A stretch of DNA of 64,000 bases from Laetmonice hystrix. Its lineage: Eukaryota. The position numbers and the translations under genes were made by a program. The stretch is taken from the NCBI GenBank assembly GCA_965235115.1, contig OZ249436.1:4714001-4778000 (forward strand), written 5' to 3'. Positions 39,601 through 52,925 of the stretch are shown in pieces. Within the stretch, counting starts at the first letter, position 1. Every line of letters starts with the position of its first letter. The notes beneath the pieces are model-generated. The model did not search any database and was not told the DNA's origin. It was given only the letters and a program-made list of their open reading frames with translations.

Positions 39601-41352
39601 GGTGGTTACTTCTATATTGCCCCGGTCCTTCTCAATCCTGCCCTACATGTTCAGGAGCCACGACCTTTGTGTTGCCAGGCCCACGTAGACAGTTACGTGG
39701 CAGTGACCTTCATGGAGAACGTCAAGCAGACGACAGTCTCTGACCCAGTCATCCGTGACGTCCTCCTCACCCTGGCCACGCTCCACGCCCTCCATAGGAT
39801 TGTGGTCGGCGCAGCCCAATTCCTCGAGGTAACCATGACGACAACCCTAATCCAGGAATTAGATACACTCGATATGAGATTTTTGTGGATCGGTAAGTTC
39901 TCGGGCTAAAGATAGTGGTCGTAGAACGCCTTCTCTTGGCAGTAGGCCCCCCTACACCTCGTGAGAAGGGTAACATACATGATTTCATGTTTATAGAGTG
40001 GCGCCATCTCACGGGAACAGTTGGAACTAGTACGTCGCCAGGAGGTGGCGCTGCTGCCAAAGATCAGGTGAGTCTGCATCATGTGGTCCTCACGTGCCAT
40101 TTGTTTGTCAATACATTTGTATTTATATGGAACTTTGTCCCAGTAAATGGCCTGATATCCAAGCTGGACTTGAAAAAGTAGGCGCTCGGTAAATATGATG
40201 CAATAACACCTATTCAGTTTTCTTCGAATTCCACTGAAACCATTGAACGCGTGGAAACTCCCAGCTGTCAAAATTTATCAGACCTACATCAATGTATCCA
40301 AGACTCACTAATAAGTCGAACATTAATTATTACAGGCATTACGATATTTTAATCCTAATTAAGAAATCTTTTCCATTATCTCTGTATATTAAGTTTATAC
40401 ATGTATTTCCCCCCCGTGAGGCCGAACGCCGTAGCTCTGGTAGATGCCTTTGATCTACATGATTTCTCGTTGAATTCGACTTTGGGGAGTTACGATGGCC
40501 AGTGCTACACTCGACTTTACGAACACGCTAAACGGAACCCACTCAACCAACAGCAGGTAACACTCAGCTTTCTGAATTGACCACGTTGGATTTGGATTTC
40601 TTTGGAGTCCCCCCCCCCCCTCCCACCCACCGGACCCCTTCAAAAATTCTGGATCCGCCCCTGGTAGCAGCCGCTTTTTATAGGGCGCCGTGCATAAATT
40701 ATGTAACGCGATTCTGACCAAAATCTGACCCCACCCCGCCCCACCCCACCCCCGTAATGCTTTCAATGGAGCTTTATAATAGACCCTAACAAGTACATAC
40801 ACCAGCACCCCACCCACACCCCCACCCCCACCCCCACCCACACCCCCACCCACACCCACACCCACACCCACACCCCCACCTCCACCCACACCCACACCCC
40901 ACCACCACCACCACCACCACCACCCCACCACCACCCCCACCCCCCACCCGCCACCGCCAGCGTTAAGGAGCGTTACGTCATTTATGGACGGCCCCTAAAG
41001 ACTCCACTAAGGAATGACATGGATAATAAAAAGTACAGTATGTCATTGTCAGGAACCAGTTCAGATAATATCTCCTGCCCATACTACCGACAGAGGGACT
41101 AAAATTGCCATGTTGATCCAAGATGCCATTTTCAAATGGCGGTGTTAAATTTTAGGGGATATTTATGGTAGGCCTAACCCCGAACCTTCTCAATCTGTGT
41201 TTTACTGGCAGGGAACAAACATCTACGTTTGACTACCCTTGGTAACTTGTCTAATAGATTATAAATCCATGTCTTTGTCATTTCAGGTCCATCCTGGCTA
41301 CTTCAAGTACATTAAACCAATACAGGAAGCCGCATTCTCAGCAAAACTCTGA
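30694..41352 (+). CDS. ACOX1: Peroxisomal acyl-CoA oxidase (ACOX1-like), 671 aa, 15 exons: 30694-30841, 31221-31377, 31995-32149, 32396-32503, 32751-32870, 37003-37118, 37389-37561, 37862-38027, 38154-38344, 38668-38820, 39156-39261, 39679-39828, 39997-40067, 40421-40556, 41287-41352
   Basis: Motifs [65 protein letters not shown] (catalytic Glu), [12 protein letters not shown] and C-terminal AKL (PTS1). Exons sum to 2016 nt with consistent phases and an ACCATGG start. Orthology to ACOX1 is not tested. Confidence 0.95.
32871..36810 (+). repeat. 33-bp minisatellite, ~119 copies, filling ACOX intron 5
   Basis: Unit GTATGTaacttcatacccactgaacccagaCAG; the first unit begins at the intron's first base (32871). 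Confidence 0.97.
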
Positions 41353-41414
41353 ACTGCTATTTGAGACTGTCTGCTGCTATTCAACATTCCCTGCCGCAGA
41401 TTCTCAGGACTAAT

Positions 41415-42120
41415 TTACTACCATCACAATAATATTACGAGACAGACAGCAATTGTTCAAACCATACATCGTCAATATCTATAACAGTGTCGAACTACTT
41501 TACTACCATCATGTCACAATAAGATTACAAGACGGACAGCAATTGTTCAAACCATACATCGTCAATATCTATAACAGTGTCGAACTACTTTACTACCATC
41601 ATGTCACAATAATATTACGAGACGGACAGCAATTGCTCAAACCATACATCGTCAATATCTATAACAGTGTCGAACTACTTTACTACCATCATGTCACAAT
41701 AAGATTACAAGACGGACAGCAATTGTTCAAACCATACATCGTCAATATCTATAACATTGTCGAACTACTTTACTACCATCATGTCACAATAAGATTACGA
41801 GACGGACAGCAATTGTTCAAACCATACATCGTCAATATCTATAACATTGTCGAACTACTTTACTACCATCATGTCACAATAAGATTACGAGACGGACAGC
41901 AATTGTTCAAACCATACATCGTCAATATCTATAACAGTGTCGAACTACTTTACTACCATCATGTCACAATAATATTACGAGACGGACAGCAATTGCTCAA
42001 ACCATACATCGTCAATATCTATAACAGTGTCGAACTACTTTACTACCATCATGTCACAATAAGATTACGAGACGGACAGCAATTGCTCAAACCATACATC
42101 GTCAATATCTATAACGGTGT
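41415..42120. repeat. 90-bp minisatellite, ~8 copies, in the probable ACOX 3' UTR
   Basis: Repeated tttactaccatcatgtcacaataagattacgagacggacagcaattgttcaaaccatacatcgtcaatatctataacagtgtcgaactac; AATAAA at ~42252. Confidence 0.93.
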
Positions 42121-44010
42121 CAAACTTTCTGTGATATCAGCTCTGATTGTTAAAGGTTTTTGATTAATTAATAATTATTAATTAGTAGACCTCTAGCCAT
42201 TGTTCCACTCTTATCTTCTTGTCCATAATATGATTTTTTTCTTCGAAAAGAAATAAATGTTTTAGGACAGCGAGGCTCAATACTTGGGGGGGGGGGGAGG
42301 TTGCTATAGGCTTTTTTTTCTAGACTAATCCACTCTGGATTAGAGTCTCTCGATTTTCATTTGGCGCGAGTTCAGCCTTGACATCACCATCCGTCCAGTG
42401 CTGCCACCTTGCGTCCAACACCAGTACTTGCAGCCAGTGTGGCCGACCGGTTACCCCATCCCCCCGTCCCCCGGATCAGCCTCAGTACGTGCGTGTCATA
42501 AACTCTGGGTTCCCAGTGAAGGGTTCAGATATATGCCTCTATCTAGAGGTCCAGCCCAATGTTTTAACCCAACCCTCCGGCCTGAGATACCCTGACACAG
42601 CCGAAACGATACTATATATTGATAAGGAGTAACTGGAAATGTTCGTATGTATCCTCAATGGGAATGACCAGTTTCAGATGTCTGACAATCTCGGCCCCGA
42701 GGGGGCGGGGTGTTTGGGATGATCAGGACCTTTGTTTGCTTTCCAAACCCTGTGTGTCAATCCATGCGTATAGGTGGAAGGAAAATTATTTATATGATCA
42801 AATATAAACTGCACTGTCGTTTGGAAATGTTGAACACTTTTTGCCTCGCCTTATTGTATCATTCACAATACATTTGGGAGGGTTGGTAAACGAGTGAAGA
42901 CTATAATGCCTAATGAACTACAGGTTCCAGTTATATGAATGGGATATTAATTGACAAAGATTAATGGATTTCGCCGACTTCCTCTTAATTCCCTTGTTGT
43001 CCTTATTGACCTCGCCCACGCCCACTCGCCGGGGTTCTCCGGGGCCTTGGGTATCTACCTGGAGTACCCTACTTGGGGTACGCTAGCGACCTGGTGGGGG
43101 GTGTACCCAGTTCGCGAGAGGGGTATAGAAGAGGGATCGAGGTTGTATCCGTTCTAGGTCCCCGCTGTTCCTGTTGAGTTCCTTAGATAAGGGAACATTT
43201 TCTGACATTCAGGGAGGTTCTACAATAATCATAATTGTAACATTAACTAGAAGCAGCAAAAAGCATGTATTTCAAACGCTGAAATTTCGCCCTATTTTAC
43301 GGGTGTCTTAGATCTATCCCACCTCGCTTACATTAATTACCCCTACCCACACTCCCCAGCTACCCATAGTTTCAACCCATTTCCTGCCGCGACGATGTAC
43401 CCTTTTACCTAACCCCCTCCGCCCACTTCCCACCCCAGATAGGCACGCCAATTTTATGTACCCCAAGAGAAACCCCCACCCCCGAACCCTGACATGCACG
43501 CAAGTATCTTCACACGCGTGTTGACGTGCGTTCTATCTTTGTCCTTGCGATGTGTGTGTGTGGTGTTAGTGAACATGAAGTTAGCCGTGCGTGCTGTTTA
43601 GGGTTTTAAGGGTTGCCGCACTCCGTACCAGGGCTCAATTAGGCATCATTACATGGTTACAGACCCATACATGCGCTCGCACAGTGTAGTTGAGCCCCAG
43701 CCAAATCTTAAACGCAATTAGCAAAGATGTCTGTGAATGGGCGCGTTACTGTCTGATGCTGCTTCCTGTTTGATGTGGCACATACTACAGTCGCACTAAT
43801 TGACCCGTTGATGACAATGGATAAGTTTATAGACCTATTCTAATAATGGATCACACGCTACAATAATGATTATTATTGGAAGCACCTGCGCCTCGTTTAT
43901 CATGTATATCTTTGCTTTTTCTTCTATCTTCTCGATCTAACATTTCATGTATCTTCTCGATCTAACATTTTCAATCAGTTCTATAGTTTTCATATTTCAA
44001 ATCCGTCTTA

Positions 44011-44539
44011 GTAATGGGGTGTCCACACTATGAGAGTAGGACCTTGCGTTTGGTCCTGCGTTTAGCGCACCCACGGTCAACGCACGCTTCATGGCAAGGA
44101 CGCAGCTGCCGCTGCGTTGTTCCAGTTCGACGCAACAGTGTCCACACTAGATTGCGTCTGGATTCAGCGCAGCAGACAATCCTGACCCTGCGTCGGGCTC
44201 TGCGTCGAGCCCTGTGCTGTCCACACCAAAGCGCAGCGCCCGACGCCCGACGCCCGACGCCCGACGCCCGACGCAGAACGTAAGAGTTCCACTCAGCAAC
44301 CCAGGTGGCGGGTGGTGCGCTCATCCACGCCGTGTTGCCCGCACGCAGAAATCAAACCAATTTGAGTTTGAGATATCCGACTTGCGTCGTCTTGCGCTTT
44401 GGGGAGTGGAGCGTGCGCTTCCTCACACAAACGTAAGCCTGTCCACACTGGTTGGTGTTCTGCGTCGGCCTTTTCGAGCGCAACAGACGCAGAACACGAC
44501 GCAACACGGACGCAATGTTCAGTGTGGACACCCCATTAG
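44011..44539. mobile_element. PIF/Harbinger-type MITE (~530 bp)
   Basis: TIRs taatggggtgtccacact / agtgtggacaccccatta, TTA on both flanks (44008-44010, 44540-44542), internal repeats of gtccacact and (cgcccga)n. Confidence 0.8.
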
Positions 44540-44873
44540 TTACTGGCAATATTTTCCCAAACGTATCAAAGCTTTAACCCTATCTCGATCTAGATTGATA
44601 TAGGGTCCATATATTACAATCGGTGCCGAGAAAAAACTTGGGCCAAGAGATGATAGCAAAGTTCCCAGCAGGGGATGATCACGTGTTCAACAATAGAAGT
44701 TTTGACCAGAGGACCAGTGTCCGAGGGCATAGATCATAAACCTTGAAATTTGATCTTGCGATGACGTCTTCCCCTATTCAGTAAGGTCAAACGTTATCTG
44801 GACCAATAGATAATTAAAGTAATTAAAGATATACAAGCTAGATATCGATAAAAAGTACGCCAGTATAACTGAC

Positions 44874-46409
44874 CTGAGCGGCCTTGCTTTCTGTCATGCA
44901 CAGGTCCCCATTTTTCGCTTGCCATGGTTTCTAACGTCAAATGACTGAAATTCACACTTAGTTGTCGAGTTATGACATGAGTGTTCCTGGTAAGTATTTT
45001 GGAGAAGGACGTCAGTGTAACACCAGCGCGCAGTGCATGGTGCGCGTGTTTTCCATGCCTGTTTTAGAATTATTGAACCGTGAGGCATGTCTTGAAGTCC
45101 CACTTGTTTGCTCGGGTTTTTCGTTTGTTTTTTCAAAATAAACTGTGAAGTTTGCTTATAGGCTAATGACTACTTTGACATCCATGTATCCATGTTTAGG
45201 GGAAACCCATGCAGCAGTAATGATACTGATTACAGATAACGTATAGATCCCAGATTAATCAGTAAATAATGCATGATATTATAGAAAGGGAAGAGTTATA
45301 AACTGTATAAATTTAAGTTGGGAAAATCGGCAATGATCGAGCCGGTGGGCCGGTGGGCCGGTGGGCCGGTGGGCCGGTGGGCCCGGTGGGACGGTGGGCC
45401 GGTGGGCCGGTGGGCCGGTGGGCCGGTGGGTCGGTGGGCCGGTGGGACGGTGGGCCGGGTGGGTCGGTGGGTCGGTGGGCCGGTGGGCCGGTGGGCCGGT
45501 GGGACGGTGGGACGGTGGGCCGGTGGGACGGTGGGCCGGTGGGCCGGTGGGCCGGTGGGCCGGTGGGCCGGTGGGCCGGTGGGACGGTGACGAAGAATTC
45601 CTCTGGATCGTGTCACTTTAGGGTTCGGTGCTAAATGGCGAGCATTGAATTGTTATTGTTTGTGCCTGATACAAACGACATATAATATTGCGTTGCTTTA
45701 AGTCAGGAGACCCGCTTACGGCAGCCCTGAGACGATAGCGTACTTTGAGGGTTTACTAGATCTATAGACGTACTTTGATGGTTTACTAGATCTATAGACA
45801 TACACTTTGAGGGTTTACTAGATCTATAGACGAACTTTGAGGGTTTACTAGATCTATAGACGAACTTTGACGGTTTACTAGATCTATAGACGTACTTTGA
45901 CGGTTTACTAGATCTATAGACGAACTTTGACGGTTTACTAGATCTATAGACGTACTTTGAGGGTTTACTAGATCTATAGACGTACTTTGAGGGTTTACTA
46001 GATCTATAGACGTACTTTGAGGGTTTACTAGATCTATATAGACGTATACACTTTGAGGGTTTACTAGATCTATAGACGAACTTTGAGGGTTTACTAGATC
46101 TATAGACGTACTTTGACGGTTTACTAGATCTATAGACGTACTTTGACGGTTTACTAGATCTATAGACGTACTTTGAGGGTTTACTAGATCTATAAACGTA
46201 CTTTGAGGGTTTACTAGATCTACAGACGTACTTTGATGGTTTACTAGATCTATAGACGTATACACTTTGAGGGTTTAGTAGATCTATAGACGTACTTTGA
46301 CGGTTTACTAGATCTATAGACGTATACACTTTGAGGGTTTACTAGATCTACAGACGTACTTTGACGGTTTACTAGATCTTCAGACGTACTTTGACGGTTT
46401 ACTGGCCAT
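44874..46409 (-). CDS. Putative small gene, first coding exons 46409-46390 and 44944-44874 (MASKPSNHLTLETMASEKWGPVHDRKQGRS...), possibly continuing at ~43181
   Basis: Kozak accATGg at 46409, donor AA|GTACGT, then a phase-matched stop-free exon bounded by gaatttcag| and CAG|GTCAGT. A perfect NRF1 palindrome lies upstream. No homology recognised. Confidence 0.35.
45341..45587. repeat. 9-bp GC-rich repeat (ccggtgggc)n
   Basis: Direct inspection. Confidence 0.95.
45740..46403. repeat. 30-bp minisatellite, ~22 copies
   Basis: Unit gtactttgagggtttactagatctatagac. Confidence 0.95.
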
Positions 46410-46517
46410 GGTGTCTTGGCGTCCATTGAGACTTACGTCGATGACCAAACGAAGGATAGTAACCCAGGTGTGGCGGTCCCGTTGTTCCTGTGGACTCGTG
46501 GTTCCTATAGTATCCAA

Positions 46518-46529
46518 TGCGCATGCGCA
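46518..46529. promoter_or_regulatory. NRF1-type palindrome TGCGCATGCGCA
   Basis: Exact consensus, about 110 bp upstream of the ATG at 46409. Confidence 0.5.
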
Positions 46530-47948
46530 GGATAGAAGCCACTCCCACAGGAACTTTGGGAACGCGTATAGCCATGCCCTGGGTTCCCCCGGTCTCAGAG
46601 TTACCCTACAGTGTAGTGGTGATAGTGGGTAGCACCACTTAAATTAGGCTGACTGCATGGAAAAGGCGAAGTAAAGCAAGTTGTGTTTTATTGTCCCGTC
46701 ACTTGACTGGCATACATCCATGCTAAATTAAAAAAAATATATATATAACGCAAAACCAATCAAATTGAAAACATAATAAAATGATATTTAGATAAGTCCA
46801 AGGCAAAGGTTCTGAAACAACCACTAAAGCATACCTTCTTTGTAAAAAATGGGCCTAGTACTAAATCTTTTGCTGTAACAATATAGAATTTGTCCTAAGG
46901 TTGATTTGCTTGGTAAGGTAACATGTAAAAATGCGGCCTACAGTAACTGAAAAATGAAGACACAACGTCTTACACGGCGGTGCAGGAACAACTGGACTGG
47001 GGCTCTAGCTGTTGCTGTCCGAGGGACGGTTTTCACGCCTGCACGGCTGAGCGCACATGTGGTTCTGGATTTTGATTGGATATAGGAACTTTCGGACTGA
47101 CAGGAACCCCGGGACCGTGACACCGGCCTGTGTTGAAGTGGTTAATTAGTGCAGGCGGTCCCTTCCCCGCTAACAACCTCTGTTTACCGTCATTAACACA
47201 TCGTTTTCATCCAACTGCTGCGGAAGCGTATGAGCCGTCACGTACGTCGAGTATTTCTGAACTTGTGTTTCAACAGGATAGCACCGGTGCAGCTATAAAG
47301 TCTATAGGCAGCCCCTGATTACGACCCTCTGAGTACCGTGCACAGTCAAGAGGAGACAAAAGACAGATGGCTTTAAGAAATTCTTATGCAGAGATATGGA
47401 GCTCTCGTTAGGTCATGATAAACAGGTTGTCAAGATATGAGGATTTGACAGTTTGATGTGAGATGTCCCTCTTGGTTAATCTCACTAAGCCTGGCTGTGG
47501 ATTCCGCCGTCTATGGGTGCCGGTAAGGGGCGTGAGGTGTAAGCCAGGGAGAATATTTACGACTCTTAGAGGGAAATCTCAGTCGCTGACTGTGAGCGTA
47601 CGCCTTACGGAGTTTGGAATAATGTATTAGGCCTACTACCTTTCTTTCCCCCCTGATTTGAGGCCCAATCTGTTGGGTTTAGTAACAGTGACACTGTCCT
47701 AGATTCCTATGCATTTCTTGGTTCTAGGCGTGGGAGGTATCAATTTTGCATTACAAATGGCTTTAGGTTTTTTGCAATGAGTCAGATCAATGGGTTTTCT
47801 TTTATTCCTTAATTCACAATCATTGACAACTCTGATGAATAAAGTTAACGGATGAAACACATGAGGCCTTGATCTGATCATTAATTCGACTAAAATAAAT
47901 AGCCAGCTCAGAGTTTTTCGTGGCTGTTGAAGCCCCTAGCTGTTTCAC

Positions 47949-50900
47949 AGTGAGAGCGTCAGATAGATAGAGGCACCATTTGGTTTCTGTTTGAGTGAGA
48001 GCGTCAGATAGATAGAGGCACCATTTGGTTTCTGTTTGAGTGAGAGCGTCAGATAGATAGAGGCACCATTTGGTGTATGTTTTAGTGAGAGCGTCAGATA
48101 GATAGAGGCACCATTTGGTTTCTGTTTTAGTGAGAGCGTTAGATAGATAGAGGCACCATTTGGTTTCTGTTTTAGTGAGAGCCTCAGATAGATAGAGGCA
48201 CCATTTGGTTTCTGTTTTAGTGAGAGCGTCACATAGATAGAGGCACCATTTGGTTTCTGTTTTAGTGAGAGCGTCAGATAGATAGAGGCACCATTTGGTT
48301 TCTGTTTTAGTGAGAGCGTCAGATAGATAGAGGCACCATTTGGTTTCTGTTTGAGTGAGAGCGTCACATAGATAGAGGCACCATTTGGTTTCTGTTTTAG
48401 TGAGAGCGTCACATAGATAGAGGCACCATTTGGTTTCTGTTTTAGTGAGAGCGTCAGATAGATAGAGGCACCATTTGGTTTCTGTTTTAGTGAGAGCGTC
48501 AGATAGATAGAGGCACCATTTGGTTTCTGTTTTAGTGAGAGCGTCAGATAGATAGAGGCACCATTTGGTTTCTGTTTTAGTGAGAGCGTCAGATAGATAG
48601 AGGCACCATTTAGTTTCTGTTTTAGTGAGAGCGTCAGATAGATAGAGGCACCATTTGGTTTCTGTTTTAGTGAGAGCGTCAGATAGATAGAGGCACCATT
48701 TGGTTTCTGTTTGAGTGAGAGCGTCAGGCACCATTTGGTTTCTGTTTTAGTGAGAGCGTCAGATAGATAGAGGCACCATTTGGTTTCTGTTTTAGTGAGA
48801 GCGTCAGATAGATAGAGGCACCGTTTGGTTTCTGTTTTAGTGAGAGTGTCAGATAGATAGAGGCACCATTTGGTTTCTGTTTTAGTGAGAGCGTCAGATA
48901 GATAGAGGCACCATTTGGTTTCTGTTTTAGTGAGAGCGTCAGATAGATAGAGGCACCATTTGGTTTCTGTTTTAGTGAGAGCGTCAGATAGATAGAGGCA
49001 CCATTTGGTGTATGTTTTAGTGAGAGCGTCAGATAGATAGAGGCACCATTTGGTTTCTGTTTTAGTGAGAGCGTCAGATAGATAGAGGCACCATTTGGTT
49101 TCTGTTTTAGTGAGAGCGTCAGATAGATAGAGGCACCATTTGGTTTCTGTTTTAGTGAGAGACTAAGATAGATAGAGGCACCATTTAGTTTCTGTTTTAG
49201 TGAGAGCGTCACATAGATAGAGGCACCATTTGGTTTCTGTTTTAGTGAGAGCGTCACATAGATAGAGGCACCATTTGGTTTCTGCTTTAGTGAGAGCGTC
49301 AGATAGATAGAGGCACCATTTGGTTTCTGTTTTAGTGAGAGCGTCAGATAGATAGAGGCACCATTTGGTTTCTGTTTTAGTGAGAGACTAAGATAGATAG
49401 AGGCACCATTTAGTTTCTGTTTTAGTGAGAGCGTCACATAGATAGAGGCACCATTTGGTTTCTGTTTTAAGATAGATAGAGGCACCATTTGGTGTATGTT
49501 TTAGTGAGAGCGTCAGATAGATAGAGGCACCATTTGGTTTCTGTTTTAGTGAGAGCGTCAGATAGATAGAGGCACCATTTGGTTTCTGTTTTAGTGAGAG
49601 CGTCAGATAGATAGATAGAGGCACCATTTGGTTTCTGTTTTAGTGAGAGCGTCAGATAGATAGATAGAGGCACCATTTGGTTTCTGTTTTAGTGAGAGCG
49701 TCAGATAGATAGATAGAGGCACCATTTGGTTTCTGTTTTAGTGAGAGACTAAGATAGATAGAGGCACCATTTAGTTTCTGTTTTAGTGAGAGCGTCACAT
49801 AGATAGAGGCACCATTTGGTTTCTGTTTTAGTGAGAGCGTCAGATAGATAGAGGCACCATTTGGTTTCTGTTTTAGTGAGAGCGTCAGATAGATAGAGGC
49901 ACCATTTGGTTTCTGTTTTAGTGAGAGCGTCAGATAGATAGAGGCACCATTTGGTTTCTGTTTTAGTGAGAGCGTCAGATAGATAGATAGAGGCACCATT
50001 TGGTTTCTGTTTTAGTGAGAGACTAAGATAGATAGAGGCACCATTTAGTTTCTGTTTTAGTGAGAGCGTCACATAGATAGAGGCACCATTTGGTTTCTGT
50101 TTTAGTGAGAGCGTCAGATAGATAGAGGCACCATTTGGTTTCTGTTTTAGTGAGAGCGTCAGATAGATAGAGGCACCATTTGGTTTCTGTTTTAGTGAGA
50201 GCGTCAGATAGATAGAGGCACCATTTGGTTTCTGTTTTAGTGAGAGCGTCAGATAGATAGAGGCACCATTTGGTTTCTGTTTTAGTGAGAGCGTCAGATA
50301 GATAGAGGCACCATTTGGTTTCTGTTTTAGTGAGAGCGTCAGATAGATAGAGGCACCATTTGGTTTCTGTTTTAGTGAGAGCGTCAGATAGATAACGTTA
50401 GAGGCACCATTTGGTTTCTGTTTGAGTGAGAGCGTCAGATAGATAGAGGCACCATTTGGTTTCTGTTTGAGTGATAGCGTCAGATAGATAGAGGCACCAT
50501 TTGGTTTCTGTTTGAGTGAGAGCGTCAGATAGATAGAGGCACCATTTGGTTTCTGTTTGAGTGAGAGCGTCAGATAGATAGAGGCACCATTTGGTTTCTG
50601 TTTTAGTGAGAGCGTCAGATAGATAGAGGCACCATTTGGTTTCTGTTTTAGTGAGAGACTAAGATAGATAGAGGCACCATTTGGTTTCTGTTTGAGTGAG
50701 AGCGTCAGATAGATAGAGGCACCATTTGGTTTCTGTTTTAGTGAGAGCGTCAGATAGATAGAGGCACCATTTGGTGTATGTTTTAGTGAGAGCGTCAGAT
50801 AGATAGAGGCGCCATTTGGTTTCTGTTTTAGTGAGAGCGTCAGATAGATAGAGGCACCATTTGGTGTATGTTTTAGTGAGAGCGTCACATAGATAGAGGC

Positions 50901-51942
50901 ACCATTTGGTTTCTGTTTTAGTGAGAGCGTCAGATAGATAGAGGCACCATTTGGTGTATGTTTTAGTGAGAGCGTCAGATAGATAGAGGCACCATTTGGT
51001 TTCTGTTTTAGTGAGAGCGTCAGATAGATAGAGGCACCATTTGGTTTCTGTTTTAGTGAGAGCGTCAGATAGATAGAGGCACCATTTGGTTTCTGTTTTA
51101 GTGAGAGCGTCAGATAGATAGAGGCACCATTTGGTGTATGTTTTAGTGAGAGCGTCAGATAGATAGAGGCGCCATTTGGTTTCTGTTTTAGTGAGAGCGT
51201 CACATAGATAGAGGCACCATTTGGTTTCTGTTTTAGTGAGAGCGTCAGATAGATAGAGGCACCATTTGGTTTCTGTTTTAGTGAGAGCGTCAGATAGATA
51301 GAGGCACCATTTGGTTTCTGTTTGAGTGAGAGCGTCAGATAGATAGAGGCACCATTTGGTTTCTGTTTTAGTGAGAGCGTCAGATAGATAGAGGCACCAT
51401 TTGGTTTCTGTTTTAGTGAGAGCGTCACATAGATAGAGGCACCATTTGGTTTCTGTTTTAGTGAGAGCGTCACATAGATAGAGGCACCATTTGGTTTCTG
51501 TTTTAGTGAGAGCGTCAGATAGATAGAGGCACCATTTGGTTTCTGTTTTAGTGAGAGCGTCAGATAGATAGAGGCACCATTCGGTTTCTGTTTTAGTGAG
51601 AGCGTCAGATAGATAGAGGCACCATTTGGTTTCTGTTTTAGTGAGAGTGTCAGATAGATAGAGGCACCATTTGGTTTCTGTTTTAGTGAGAGCGTCAGAT
51701 AGATAGAGGCACCATTTGGTTTCTGTTTTAGTGAGAGCGTCAGATAGATAGAGGCACCATTTGGTTTCTGTTTTAGTGAGAGCGTCAGATAGATAGAGGC
51801 ACCATTTGGTTTCTGTTTTAGTGAGAGCGTCAGATAGATAGAGGCACCATTTGGTTTCTGTTTTAGTGAGAGCGTCAGGCACCATTTGGTTTCTGTTTTA
51901 GTGAGAGCGTAAGATAGAGAGGCACCATTCGGTTTCTGTTTC
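47949..51942. repeat. 45-bp minisatellite, ~89 copies
   Basis: Unit agtgagagcgtcagatagatagaggcaccatttggtttctgtttt. Confidence 0.97.
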
Positions 51943-52925
51943 TGTTGCCTTCTAGTAAATTTGCGAAAGTTCGTGACCTTGTCATGCGCAGAGTGAGTCA
52001 GATCTAAATGAGGTTTATCACATTGCCATTACATGGCGGCGCTCCTTCTCGTAGCATGAGCACCACTTCTGTGAGCCCCCACACCCCACACCCCCACTCC
52101 AACCACACCCCCACTCCCACCACACCCCCACCCCCACCACACCCCCACTCCCACCACACCCCCACCCCCACCACACACCCCACCATGCATGAAACGCCCG
52201 CGGGACTCAAATCGGATCACTTGTGTCTCCTTTCATTTCAAACGCCGCAGATACCTTTTCAGTTGTATCAGCCTTTTAACTGCCGCTGAGTTTTGAGTTT
52301 TTTTGCCGGTTTCTGCGTGAGCCGACAGATAGGCTTCGTTAAAATCAAATCCCAAATGCTAACAAACATGTCGCCCATGTGCCAGTAGAAATCACAAATT
52401 TTAATATGACGAGTCTTTGTTTGGTGCTCTTTTATTTCAATTGGACGACAATTCACAAGTAGTCTCTACACCACACACAAACAAATTATTAATGAGCATG
52501 CCACTTATCATTTCATGCCAAATTACAAGGGACATAGCGATCAACGATCATGGTACATCGACTTTCTCACTGGTGTCAAAGTAATTTCGATCGTTCAGGA
52601 GACATTTCCAACTAACAATGTGATTTTCAAAACTGTCACAATACCGCATGAGTCAAGAAGGCATTGTCAAGAAGGCGCGTATTTGTCTGAATCCTCACAA
52701 TTGACAACCCTTGTCTGCTCCAGGAAGGAGACAAAGCCAGACCCGACAGAGAGAATTTAAAACAGAGGGGCACGGAGGGGGGGGCGCCCCTGGAAGTTTT
52801 TCGATTGATTACATTTCACCGATCTGAAAGGCGATGCACATTGTAATGTAAGGTATAGTGTAAGGGGAGGACATTCAAGTGACCTGGGAGGGAGAAACAA
52901 TACCGTGAGTATCATCCCAGAATAA

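Noticed and set aside
40455..40954. Gly/Val/Trp-rich ORFs (also 19831-20121 and 52004-52289)
   Set aside because: Translations of C/A-rich low-complexity tracts.
41350..41356. Stop-codon readthrough producing a cryptic PTS1
   Set aside because: AKL already precedes the stop, and the context TGA-ACT is not the TGA-CTA readthrough motif.
47820..51885. Long ORFs of LSDALTKTETKWCLY repeats
   Set aside because: Translations of a 45-bp satellite, with frameshifts among units and no unique domain.
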